57,328 nucleotides of DNA from Nemertoderma westbladi. Lineage: Eukaryota; Animalia; Xenacoelomorpha. A model generated the notes under the pieces. The model had not been told where the DNA came from and made no database searches. It saw only the letters and a list, made by a program, of their open reading frames with translations. The position numbers were made by a program, and so were the translations under genes. This document shows, in pieces, positions 13,601 through 26,194 of this stretch (within the stretch, counting starts at the first letter, position 1; the number at the start of each line of letters is the position of its first letter). The stretch is from the NCBI GenBank assembly GCA_032718475.1, contig JAUCBJ010002418.1, positions 1 through 57,328 of the forward strand, in the 5' to 3' direction.

Positions 13601-16600
13601 GGTGGAATGGTTGCTGGAACTGGGGAAGGTGGAATGGTTGTTGGAACTGGAAAAGGTGGAATGGTTGTTGGAACTGGGGAAAGTGGAATGGTTGTTGGAA
13701 CTGGGGAAGGTGGAATGGTTGTTGGAACTGGGAAAGGTGGAATGGTTGTTGGAACTGGGGAAAGTGGAATGGTTGTTGGAACTGGGGAAAGTGGAATGGT
13801 TGTTGGAACTGGGGAAGGTGGAATGGCTGTTGGAACTGGGAAAGGTGGAATGGTTGTTGGAACTGGGGAAGGTGGAATGGTTGTTGGAACTGGGGAAAGT
13901 GGAATGGTTGTTGGAACTGGGGGAGGTGGAATGGTTGTTGGAACTGGAGAAGGTGGAATGGTTGTTGGAACTGGGGAAGGTGGAATGGTTGCTGGAACTG
14001 GGGAAAGTGGAATGGTTGTTGGAGCTGGGGAAAGTGGAATGGTTGTTGGAACTGGGGATGGTGGAATGGTTGTTGGAGCTGGGGATGGTGGAATGGTTGT
14101 TGGAACTGGGGAAAGTGGAATAGTTGTTGGAGCTGGGGAAAGTGGAATGGTTGCTGGAACTGGGGAAAGTGGAATGGTTGTTGGAACTGGGGAAGGTGGA
14201 ATGGTTGCTGGAACTGGGGAAAGTGGAATGGTTGTTGGAACTGGGGATGGTGGAATGGTTGTTGGAGCTGGGGATGGTGGAATGGTTGTTGGAACTGGGG
14301 AAGGTGGAATAGTTGTTGGAGCTGGGGAAAGTGGAATGGTTGCTGGAACTGGGGAAAGTGGAATGGTTGTTGGAACTGGGGAAGGTGGAATGGTTGCTGG
14401 AACTGGGGAAAGTGGAATGGTTGTTGGAACTGGGGGAGGTGGAATAGTTGTTGGAGCTGGGGAAAGTGGAATGGTTGTTGGAACTGGGGAAAGTGGAATG
14501 GTTGTTGGAACTGGGGAAGGTGGAATGGTTGTTGGAACTGGGGAAGGTGGAATAGTTGTTGGAGCTGGGGAAAGTGGAATGGTTGTTGGAACTGGGGAAA
14601 GTGGAATGGTTGTTGGAACTGGGGAAGGTGGAATGGTTGTTGGAACTGGAGAAGGTGGAATGGTTGTTGGAACTGGGGAAAGTGGAATGGTTGTTGGAAC
14701 TGGGGAAGGTGGAATGGTTGTTGGAACTGGGGAAAGTGGAATGGTTGTTGGAACTGGGGAAAGTGGAATGGTTGTTGGAGCTGGGGAAAGTGGAATGGTT
14801 GTTGGAACTGGGAAAGGTGGAATGGTTGCTGGAACTGGGAAAGGTGGAATGGTTGTTGGAACTGGGAAAGGTGGAATGGTTGTTGGAACTGGGGAAGGTG
14901 GAATAGTTGTTGGAGCTGGGGAAAGTGGAATGGTTGTTGGAACTGGGGGAGGTGGAATGGTTGTTGGAACTGGGGAAGGTGGAATGGTTGTTGGAACTGG
15001 GGAAGGTGGAATGGTTGTTGGAACTGGGAAAGGTGGAATGGTTGCTGGAACTGGGAAAGGTGGAATGGTTGTTGGAACTGGGAAAGGTGGAATGGTTGTT
15101 GGAACTGGGGAAGGTGGAATAGTTGTTGGAGCTGGGGAAAGTGGAATGGTTGTTGGAACTGGGGAAAGTGGAATGGTTGTTGGAACTGGGGAAGGTGGAA
15201 TAGTTGTTGGAGCTGGGGAAGGTGGAATAGTTGTTGGAGCTGGGGAAAGTGGAATGGTTGCTGGAACTGGGGAAAGTGGAATGGTTGTTGGAACTGGGGA
15301 AGGTGGAATGGTTGCTGGAACTGGGGAAAGTGGAATGGTTGTTGGAACTGGGGATGGTGGAATGGTTGTTGGAGCTGGGGATGGTGGAATGGTTGTTGGA
15401 ACTGGGGAAGGTGGAATAGTTGTTGGAGCTGGGGAAAGTGGAATGGTTGCTGGAACTGGGGAAAGTGGAATGGTTGTTGGAACTGGGGAAGGTGGAATGG
15501 TTGCTGGAACTGGGGAAAGTGGAATGGTTGTTGGAACTGGGGATGGTGGAATGGTTGTTGGAGCTGGGGATGGTGGAATGGTTGTTGGAACTGGGGAAGG
15601 TGGAATAGTTGTTGGAGCTGGGGAAAGTGGAATGGTTGCTGGAACTGGGGAAAGTGGAATGGTTGTTGGAACTGGGGAAGGTGGAATGGTTGCTGGAACT
15701 GGGGAAAGTGGAATGGTTGTTGGAACTGGGGGAGGTGGAATAGTTGTTGGAGCTGGGGATGGTGGAATGGTTGTTGGAACTGGGGAAGGTGGAATAGTTG
15801 TTGGAGCTGGGGAAAGTGGAATGGTTGTTGGAACTGGGGAAAGTGGAATGGTTGTTGGAACTGGGGAAGGTGGAATGGTTGTTGGAACTGGAGAAGGTGG
15901 AATGGTTGTTGGAACTGGGGAAAGTGGAATGGTTGTTGGAACTGGGGAAAGTGGAATGGTTGTTGGAACTGGGGAAAGTGGAATGGTTGTTGGAACTGGG
16001 GAAAGTGGAATGGTTGTTGGAACTGGGGAAGGTGGAATGGTTGCTGGAACTGGGGAAAGTGGAATGGTTGTTGGAACTGGGGGAGGTGGAATAGTTGTTG
16101 GAATTGGGGAAGGTGGAATGGTTGTTGGAACTGGGGAAAGTGGAATGGTTGTTGGAACTGGGGAAAGTGGAATGGTTGTTGGAACCGGAGAAGGTGGAAT
16201 GGTTGTTGGAACTGGGGAAAGTGGAATGGTTGTTGGAACTGGGGAAAGTGGAATGGTTGTTGGAACTGGGGAAGGTGGAATGGTTGTTGGAACTGGGGGA
16301 GGTGGAATAGTTGTTGGAATTGGGGAAGGTGGAATGGTTGTTGGAACTGGGGAAAGTGGAATGGTTGTTGGAACTGGGGAAAGTGGAATGGTTGTTGGAA
16401 CTGGGGAAGGTGGAATGGTTGTTGGAACTGGGGAAGGTGGAATGGTTGTTGGAACTGGGAAAGGTGGAATGGTTGCTGGAACTGGGGAAGGTGGAATGGT
16501 TGCTGGAACTGGGGAAAGTGGAATGGTTGTTGGAACTGGGGGAGGTGGAATAGTTGTTGGAATTGGGGAAGGTGGAATGGTTGTTGGAACTGGGGAAGGT

Positions 16601-19600
16601 GGAATGGTTGCTGGAACTGGGGAAAGTGGAATGGTTGTTGGAACTGGGGATGGTGGAATGGTTGTTGGAGCTGGGGATGGTGGAATGGTTGTTGGAACTG
16701 GGGAAGGTGGAATAGTTGTTGGAGCTGGGGAAAGTGGAATGGTTGCTGGAACTGGGGAAAGTGGAATGGTTGTTGGAACTGGGGAAGGTGGAATGGTTGC
16801 TGGAACTGGGGAAAGTGGAATGGTTGTTGGAACTGGGGGAGGTGGAATAGTTGTTGGAGCTGGGGATGGTGGAATGGTTGTTGGAACTGGGGAAGGTGGA
16901 ATAGTTGTTGGAGCTGGGGAAAGTGGAATGGTTGTTGGAACTGGGGAAAGTGGAATGGTTGTTGGAACTGGGGAAGGTGGAATGGTTGTTGGAACTGGAG
17001 AAGGTGGAATGGTTGTTGGAACTGGGGAAAGTGGAATGGTTGTTGGAACTGGGGAAAGTGGAATGGTTGTTGGAACTGGGGAAAGTGGAATGGTTGTTGG
17101 AACTGGGGAAAGTGGAATGGTTGTTGGAACTGGGGAAGGTGGAATGGTTGCTGGAACTGGGGAAAGTGGAATGGTTGTTGGAACTGGAGGAGGTGGAATA
17201 GTTGTTGGAATTGGGGAAGGTGGAATGGTTGTTGGAACTGGGGAAAGTGGAATGGTTGTTGGAACTGGGGAAAGTGGAATGGTTGTTGGAACCGGAGAAG
17301 GTGGAATGGTTGTTGGAACTGGGGAAAGTGGAATGGTTGTTGGAACTGGGGAAAGTGGAATGGTTGTTGGAACTGGGGAAGGTGGAATGGTTGTTGGAAC
17401 TGGGGGAGGTGGAATAGTTGTTGGAATTGGGGAAGGTGGAATGGTTGTTGGAACTGGGGAAAGTGGAATGGTTGTTGGAACTGGGGAAAGTGGAATGGTT
17501 GTTGGAACTGGGGAAGGTGGAATGGTTGTTGGAACTGGGGAAGGTGGAATGGTTGTTGGAACTGGGAAAGGTGGAATGGTTGCTGGAACTGGGGAAGGTG
17601 GAATGGTTGCTGGAACTGGGGAAAGTGGAATGGTTGTTGGAACTGGGGGAGGTGGAATAGTTGTTGGAATTGGGGAAGGTGGAATGGTTGTTGGAACTGG
17701 GGAAAGTGGAATGGTTGTTGGAACTGGGGAAAGTGGAATGGTTGTTGGAACTGGGGAAGGTGGAATGGTTGTTGGAACTGGGGAAGGTGGAATGGTTGTT
17801 GGAACTGGGAAAGGTGGAATGGTTGCTGGAACTGGGAAAGGTGGAATGGTTGTTGGAACTGGGGAAGGTGGAATAGTTGTTGGAGCTGGGGAAAGTGGAA
17901 TGGTTGTTGGAACTGGGGAAAGTGGAATGGTTGTTGAAACTGGGGAAGGTGGAATGGTTGTTGGAACTGGAGAAGGTGGAATGGTTGTTGGAACTGGGGA
18001 AAGTGGAATGGTTGTTGGAACTGGGGAAGGTGGAATGGTTGTTGGAACTGGGGAAGGTGGAATGGTTGTTGGAACTGGGGAAGGTGGAATGGTTGTTGGA
18101 ACTGGGGAAGGTGGAATGGTTGTTGGAACTGGGGAAGGTGGAATGGTTGTTGGAACTGGGAAAGGTGGAATGGTTGTTGGAACTGGGGATGGTGGAATGG
18201 TTGCTGGAACTGGGGTAGGTGGAATGGTTGCTGGAACTGGGGATGGTGGAATGGTTGCTGGAACTGGGGTAGGTGGAATGGTTGTTGGAACTGGGGAAGG
18301 TGGAATGGTTGTTGGAACTGGGAAAGGTGGAATGGTTGCTGGAACTGGGAAAGGTGGAATGGTTGTTGGAACTGGGGATGGTGGAATGGTTGCTGGAACT
18401 GGGGTAGGTGGAATGGTTGTTGGAACTGGGGAAGGTGGAATGGTTGTTGGAACTGGGGAAGGTGGAATGGTTGTTGGAACTGGGGAAGGTGGAATGGTTG
18501 TTGGAACTGGGAAAGGTGGAATGGTTGCTGGAACTGGGAAAGGTGGAATGGTTGTTGGAACTGGGAAAGGTGGAATGGTTGTTGGAACTGGGGATGGTGG
18601 AATGGTTGCTGGAACTGGGGATGGTGGAATGGTTGCTGGCACTGGGGTAGGTGGAATGGTTGTTGGAACTGGGGAAGGTGGAATGGTTGTTGGAACTGGG
18701 GAAGGTGGAATGGTTGTTGGAACTGGGGGAGGTGGAATGGTTGATGGAACTGGGGAAGGTGGAATGGTTGTTGGAACTGGGAAAGGTGGAATGGTTGCTG
18801 GAACTGGGAAAGGTGGAATGGTTGTTGGAACTGGGAAAGGTGGAATGGTTGTTGGAACTGGGGATGGTGGAATGGTTGCTGGAACTGGGGTAGGTGGAAT
18901 GGTTGTTGGAACTGGGGAAGGTGGAATGGTTGTTGGAACTGGGGAAGGTGGAATGGTTGTTGGAACTGGGGGAGGTGGAGTGGTTGTTGGAACTGGGGAA
19001 GGTGGAGATGTGGTTGGAACTGGGGAAGGTGGAATGGTTGTTGGAACTGGGGAAGGTGGAATGGTTGCTGGAACTGGGAAAGGTGGAATGGTTGTTGGAA
19101 CTGGGAAAGGTGGAATGGTTGTTGGAACTGGGGATGGTGGAATGGTTGTTGGAACTGGGGAAGGTGGAATGGTTGTTGGAACTGGGGAAGGTGGAATGGT
19201 TGTTGGAACTGGGGAAGGTGGAATGGTTGTTGGAACTGGGGGAGGTGGAGATGTGGTTGGAACGGGGGAAGGTGGAGTGGTTGTTGGAACTGGGGAAGGT
19301 GGAATGGTTGTTGGAACTGGGGGAGGTGGAGTGGTTGTTGGAACGGGGGAAGGTGAAGTGGTTGTTGGAACTGGGGGAGGTGGAGATGTGGTTGGAACGG
19401 GGGAAGGTGGAGTGGTTGTTGGAACTGGGGAAGGTGGAATGGTTGTTGGAACAGGGGAAGGTGGAGTGGTTGTTGGAACGGGGGAAGGTGGAGTGGTTGT
19501 TGGAACGGGGGGAGGAGATGTGGTTGGAACTGGGGATGGTGGAATGGTTGCTGGAACTGGGGTAGGTGGAATGGTTGTTGGAACTGGGGAAGGTGGAATG

Positions 19601-21717
19601 GTTGTTGGAACTGGGGAAGGTGGAATGGTTGTTGGAACTGGGGGAGGTGGAGTGGTTGTTGGAACTGGGGAAGGTGGAGATGTGGTTGGAACTGGGGAAG
19701 GTGGAATGGTTGTTGGAACTGGGGAAGGTGGAGTGGTTGTTGGAACGGGGGAAGGTGGAGTGGTTGTTGGAACGGGGGAAGGTGGAGTGGTTGTTGGAAC
19801 GGGGGAAGGAGAAGATGTGGTTGGAACGGGGGAAGGTGGAGTGGTTGTTGGAACTGGGGAAGGTGGAGTTGTGGTTGGAATTGGGGAAGGTGGAGTGGTT
19901 GTTGGAACTGGGGAAGGTGGTGATGTGGTTGGAACTGGGGGAGGTGAATGGTTGTTGGAACTGGGGAAGGTGGAATGGTTGTTGGAACTGGGGAAGGTGG
20001 CTGGTTGTTGGAACTGGGGAAGGAGGAGATGTGGTTGGAACGGGGGAAGGTGGAGTGGTTGTTGGAACTGGGGAAGGTGGAGATGTGGTTGGAACTGGGG
20101 AAGGTGGAGATGTGGTTGGAACTGGGGAAGGTGGAATTGTTGTTGGAACTGGGGATGGTGGAGATATGGTTGGAACGGGGGAAGGTGGAGATGTGGTTGG
20201 AACTGGGGAAGGTGGAGATGTGGTTGGAACTGAGGTAGGTGGAATGGTTGTTGGAACTGGGGATGGTGGAGATGGGGTTGGAACGGGGGAAGGTGGAGAT
20301 GTGGTTGGAACTGGGGATGGTGGAGATGTGGTTGGAACTGGGGAAGGTGGAGATGTGGTGGGAACTGGGGAAGGTGGAATTGTTGTTGGGACTGGGGATG
20401 GTGGAGATGGGGTTGGAACGGGGGAAGGTGGAGATGTGGTTGGAACGGGGGAAGGTGGAGTGGTTGTTGGAACTGGGGAAGGTGGAATGGTTGTTGGAAC
20501 TGGGGAAGGTGGAGTGGTTGTTGGAACGGGGGAAGGTGGAGTGGTTGTTGGAACGGGGGAAGGTGGAGTGGTTGTTGGAACGGGGGAAGGAGAAGATGTG
20601 GTTGGAACGGGGGAAGGTGGAGTGGTTGTTGGAACTGGGGAAGGTGGAGTTGTGGTTGGAATTGGGGAAGGTGGAGTGGTTGTTGGAACTGGGGAAGGTG
20701 GTGATGTGGTTGGAACTGGGGGAGGTGAATGGTTGTTGGAACTGGGGAAGGTGGAATGGTTGTTGGAACTGGGGAAGGTGGCTGGTTGTTGGAACTGGGG
20801 AAGGAGGAGATGTGGTTGGAACGGGGGAAGGTGGAGTGGTTGTTGGAACTGGGGAAGGTGGAGATGTGGTTGGAACTGGGGAAGGTGGAGATGTGGTTGG
20901 AACTGGGGAAGGTGGAATTGTTGTTGGAACTGGGGATGGTGGAGATATGGTTGGAACGGGGGAAGGTGGAGATGTGGTTGGAACTGGGGAAGGTGGAGAT
21001 GTGGTTGGAACTGAGGTAGGTGGAATGGTTGTTGGAACTGGGGATGGTGGAGATGGGGTTGGAACGGGGGAAGGTGGAGATGTGGTTGGAACTGGGGATG
21101 GTGGAGATGTGGTTGGAACTGGGGAAGGTGGAGATGTGGTGGGAACTGGGGAAGGTGGAATTGTTGTTGGGACTGGGGATGGTGGAGATGGGGTTGGAAC
21201 GGGGGAAGGTGGAGATGTGGTTGGAACTGGGGATGATGGTTAAATAAATACCTTTACTTTTTGTATTTATTTGGGAAGGAATTAATTTTAGTCCCCTCAT
21301 CATTGATCATTTTGACTTCTTGTTGACATGGCAATACACCCCAACTCCAGCAAGCTCTAAACTAATAATACGTGATACAAAATGCTCTACAAAACATGCT
21401 GGCAGAACAAAAAATCACTGTTTTATACTAGTTTCTATGAAACCAGAACCATTGGTTAAACACCCTATCTCAAACAAATCCGCTTACATTGAATGGCAAA
21501 ACACCCTATAATTTTATTTCATCACTTTAATCCCTTTTTCGTCATCTCTCACCATCTATTCTATTAAAAAAATCTAAGTTAGCCTGTTAAGTTCCCTTAG
21601 GACCCATTATCAGCGATTTCTCACAATGTCTTCAATGTTGAATTAGGGGAAACGCGTTTAGGTTAATATCTCAAAATGTGTTTTTTTAGGATAGGGTGTA
21701 TTGCCAAACAACGGCAG
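1673..21717. mobile_element. Non-autonomous TIR DNA transposon (~20 kb) carrying a giant minisatellite; 4-bp TSD, Sola-like by TSD length
   Basis: Perfect 26-bp TIR: CTGCCGTTGTTTGGCAATACACCCTA (1673-1698) and TAGGGTGTATTGCCAAACAACGGCAG (21692-21717). AATA lies directly outside both ends (1669-1672, 21718-21721). No transposase is recognisable; the superfamily call is inference. Confidence 0.85.
2040..21240. repeat. 27-bp minisatellite, ~710 units, consensus GGAACTGGGGAAGGTGGAATGGTTGTT
   Basis: Directly visible. Recurrent variant units, with higher-order blocks of 189, 243, 270, 594, 781 and 1107 bp inferred from the spacing of stop-bearing variants in the ORF track. Confidence 0.99.
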
Positions 21718-22255
21718 AATAGATTATAAACTATCAAATGGAACTGGAAGACACTTTCCACTTTCAAACAATTCGCCCTCTATAACGGCAAACCACACCA
21801 AACTGACCTTCAGACCTATCACTCACAAATATGCAACCTGTGTTTTTAGTATACACCATAACCCTTAATACAACAACCATTTTTAGGGGGTCGGAGCCCC
21901 CCCCCCCCCCCCCCCCCCCCTAATAAAATGCTACGAAATTAGGTATGATGATAGATCGACACCTTTTCTTACTGGTGGTGGCCTGGCCGGATTTTTTAAT
22001 TTATGAGCTATTTCGATATAACAAGGCGTTAAAAATCGTCTATTTCGCAATATTTAGCCACCTCCGTTGGCTTTATTTTTCATCCTTGGAAAAAATGGTT
22101 GTTGTTTTAAGGGTTATGGTGTACATAAAATTGTCAAGTTTCAACTTGAACAGAATAAAAACAAACATATGTGGGGCATTTAATATTTATACATGTAGCC
22201 ACCTCTATGGAGACTTTTTAACTGATGGTGTCTGAAAGTCTCTCAAAAAAGTCAA

Positions 22256-22310
22256 CTAGGGAAATACACACTTTTTGTCACAAAACATTACCCTCGCTGC
22301 GAAGTGCAGC
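22256..22310 (-). mobile_element. Possible Helitron/Helentron-type terminus
   Basis: On the minus strand, hairpins GCTGC-ACTTC-GCAGC and TTTTGT-G-ACAAAA precede CTAG|T. The other end was not identified. Confidence 0.3.
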
Positions 22311-23015
22311 AAGCAAAAGATATAAAAATAAAAAAATATATACAAAGCTTTAAAAAATTAAATTTTCAAATAATGCCATGATAAATATTAAAATATAAAC
22401 ATAATGTAATAAATATATCATATGACTATCTATTCTAAACTGTAGAAGTCGAAGAAAAATTTATTCTGTGAAGATAAATAAACAGCTTTGAACAATAAAG
22501 GCGGATATGAAAGCAACACGAACATAAGAACAAAACGAGACAAACACAACTAATAACATTTGCGACGAAAAACGAGCTTACAATGTGAGATAATGTAGTT
22601 TGCGTGGTTGGAAGTTGTAATTACATTACCGGTTGAGTAGCTGGGGGTGGGGGGGGGGGGGGGGGGGGGGGCAATTAGGTGCCGCGGTGGGGTTGGCCGC
22701 GGATATTGGGGGGATGAAGCGGTTTGGGAATGACTCTGGGGAATACAGATAAGTTATCCTCGCACTCAATGAATAAATCAGATTGTGCGAGAGAATCACT
22801 CCGGTTCGCAGTGCAGTCTCCCGCACCCCATAACGTGGGGATTATCCATCAGTCGCCGTGGGGACTGGGGAACGAGGGCTTTAGGGAATAATCCATTGAA
22901 GTACATATTCCTTAAATGTTTAGGGAAACACAATGTAATGGATGTAATTACAGGCAACTGGTGTATCCGCATATACCGATATATACAGTATATACATACA
23001 GATAGGAGAGGGGGT

Positions 23016-25050
23016 GTGGCTGTGACATAGCATTGATCGGCTGTGACATAGCGTTGGGTGGTTATGATGTGACATAACTTTGGGTGGCTGTGGCATAGCG
23101 TTGAGTGGTTGTTGTGACAAAGCGTTGAGTGGCTGTGACATAGCGTTGGGTGGCTGTGACAATACGTTGAATGGCTGTGACATAGATTTGAGTGGCTGTG
23201 GCATAGCGTTGGGTGGCTGTGACATGGCATTGAGCGGCTGTGACATAGCATTGATCGGCTGTGACATAGAGTTGGGTGGTTGTGACATAGCGTTGGGTGG
23301 CTGTGACATAGCGTTGGGTGGCTGTGACATAGCGTTGGGTGGCTGTGACATGGCATTGAGCGGCTGTGACATAGCATTGATCGGCTGTGACATAGCGTTG
23401 AGTGGCTGTAACATAGCTTTGAGTGGCTGTGACATAGCGTTGAGTGGCTGTGACATAGCGTTGGGTGGCTGTGACATGGCATTGAGCGGCTGTGACATAG
23501 CATTGATCGGCTGTGACATAGCGTTGGGTGGTTATGATGTGACATAACTTTGGGTGGCTGTGGCATAGCGTTGAGTGGTTGTTGTGACAAAGCGTTGAGT
23601 GGCTGTGACATAGCGTTGGGTGGCTGTGACAATACGTTGAATGGCTGTGACATAGCTTTGAGTGGCTGTGGCATAGCGTTGGGTGGCTGTGACATGGCAT
23701 TGAGCGGCTGTGACATAGCATTGATCGGCTGTGACATAGAGTTGGGTGGTTGTGACATAGCGTTGGGTGGCTGTGACATAGCGTTGGGTGGCTGTGACAT
23801 AGCGTTGGGTGGCTGTGACATGGCATTGAGCGGCTGTGACATAGCATTGATCGGCTGTGACATAGCGTTGAGTGGCTGTAACATAGCTTTGAGTGGCTGT
23901 GACATAGCGTTGAGTGGCTGTGACATAGCGTTGGGTGGCTGTGACATAGCGTTGAGTGGCTGTGACATAGCGTTGGGTGGCTGTGACTGTGACATAGCGT
24001 TGGGTGGTTATGATGTGGCATAACTTTGGGTGGCTGTGGCATAGCGTTGAGTGGTTGTTGTGACAAAGCGTTGAGTGGCTGTGACATAGCGTTGGGTGGC
24101 TGTGACAATACGTTGAATGGCTGTGACATAGCGTTGGGTGGCTGTGACATAGCTTTGAGTGGCTGTGGCATAGCGTTGGGTGGCTGTGACATGGCATTGA
24201 GCGGCTGTGACATAGCATTGATCGGCTGTGACATAGAGTTGGGTGGTTGTGACATAGCGTTGGGTGGCTGTGACATAGCGTTGGGTGGCTGTGACATAGC
24301 GTTGGGTGGCTGTGACATGGCATTGAGCGGCTGTGACATAGCATTGATCGGCTGTGACATAGCGTTGAGTGGCTGTAACATAGCTTTGAGTGGCTGTGAC
24401 ATAGCGTTGAGTGGCTGTGACATAGCGTTGGGTGGCTGTGACATGGCATTGAGCGGCTGTGACATATCATTGATCGGCTGTGACATAGCGTTGGGTGGTT
24501 ATGATGTGACATAACTTTGGGTGGCTGTGGCATAGCGTTGAGTGGTTGTTGTGACAAAGCGTTGAGTGGCTGTGACATAGCGTTGGGTGGCTGTGACAAT
24601 ACGTTGAATGGCTGTGACATAGCGTTGGGTGGCTGTGACATAGCTTTGAGTGGCTGTGACATAGCGTTGAGTGGCTGTGACATAGCGTTGGGTGGCTGTG
24701 ACATGGCATTGAGCGCCTGTGAGATAGCGTTGAGTGGCTGTGGCTGTGACATAGCGTTGGGTGGCTGTGGCATAGCGTTGAGTGGTTGTGACATAGCATT
24801 GAGCGGCTGTGACATAGCATTGAGCGGCTGTGACATAGCATTGAGTGGTTGTGATTGTGACATTGCGTTGAGTGGCTGTGACATGGCATTGAGCGCCTGT
24901 GCGATAGCGTTGAGTGGCTGTGACATAGCATTGAGTGGTTGTGACATTGCGTTGAGTGGCTGTGACATGGCATTGAGCGCCTGTGCGATAGCGTTGAGTG
25001 GCTGTGACATAGCATTGAGTGGTTGTAACATAGCTTTGAGTGGCTGTGAC
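23016..25050. repeat. 21-bp minisatellite (GGCTGTGACATAGCGTTGGGT-like), ~97 units, with a ~470-490-bp higher-order repeat
   Basis: Directly visible. The marker unit GTTATGATGTG(A/G)CATAACTTTGGG recurs at ~23061, 23531, 24007 and 24498. Confidence 0.98.
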
Positions 25051-26194
25051 TTCTGTCTCGCCCAACTTCTGTCTCTGCTTCCAAAATTATAAAAAAGCGT
25101 CTCGATATATAAAATATCGAGACTGGAAAAATATTTCGAGAAAATATCGCCATGGGATATATAGTGGTAGCTTAGTGGAAGGGTTTGGTTAGGTAAGTCT
25201 AGAGTTTAGTGTTGTCTTAGGATAGGGTTAGGTTGTAGATAGAGGGAGAGGCGGTATCACAACTCACCTCTGAGTATCAATGATCCAAGTATTGTTAGTT
25301 GTCTGGGTAATCAGTGTGAGTATCGTATTGGAAACATGATTGGATTCATTGTCGCTCATATATCTGTATATTCCACCTAAAAGGATAATAATATATACAT
25401 ATAGCATTGCAGCAATTAGATCAACGTGCACAAGTCACCACAACCCATCACAGACTGTTTCACATTGACACTGCACTGGGGAATAAAGCAAACATTTACT
25501 TACCTACCATAGATAGCCAGAGTAAGGCATGTTTTATTTTAAATTACAGTTTAAGCATATGCACGATCTGACGATTTATAAACGGCCCAAAGTACCAAGT
25601 GGACCTAACCTAACAGCAAGGCCTAGTACAGTAGTAGTAAGTAAAATAATAACCTCATCGCCAGAATCTGATGCGTATCTTTTACCTGGGAACGCATGTG
25701 TAATTTACTTCCGGCCGCCGGCGCTTTTTCCCTCTACAGCTCTATTTGATCCAAATAGATTACAGGATTAGGATTTTCATCACTTGAATCACTGAAATAA
25801 CGATATGTAAGAAGCCTATTCAAGTTCAATACAAACCTGTTAAGTGAAGAACCTTCGCATTAAATGTGGGCCAACTTGACAGTTGACAGAAGATCTGGAT
25901 TCGAAAATTCTTTCCAACGTACCGGTAGTAGGCCGGCATTTCGAGGAGGCCATAATATTTTTCCAGTCAGCCAGTGCAGCCCTTGCCGCTTGCCTGTTGT
26001 TTCGACCAACCAGAGCCAGGAAGACAGAGCCCAATCTAAACTCACCAAACTGTCGTCGTCATCGAATTACTGGCACTGCACTGCCTGACTGGCTGACTCC
26101 TGACTGCATTACATACAGACATATTAGGCCTACTGTATTAGGCCTACAATACAATAAGGCTAGGCTGCTAGGCCTATATAATGTACAGATATAT

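Noticed and set aside
2026-21247. Plus-strand ORFs (GTGEGGMVV, WLLELGKVE and WNGC repeats)
   Set aside because: Translations of the 27-bp minisatellite with no unique domains.
1984-21303. 6439-aa mucin-like ORF as a real gene
   Set aside because: The C-rich strand has almost no stop codons in any frame, and the ORF passes through four 1-bp repeat deletions that change the peptide frame. It also lies inside a TIR element. Not called as a CDS without expression data.
21897-22671. Poly-C and poly-G tracts (also at 32087, 43975 and 47740) as functional G4 elements
   Set aside because: Simple homopolymers with uncertain length, often associated with repeats; no further support.
22796-25153. ORFs with MSQPLNA, CHSHPTL or GCDIALG repeats
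   Set aside because: Products of the 21-bp array; frames shift at each higher-order repeat boundary.
25680-26050. Possible minus-strand exons (MASSKCRP...)
   Set aside because: Splice-like sites exist, but the joined frames I tried hit stops quickly and no motif is recognisable.
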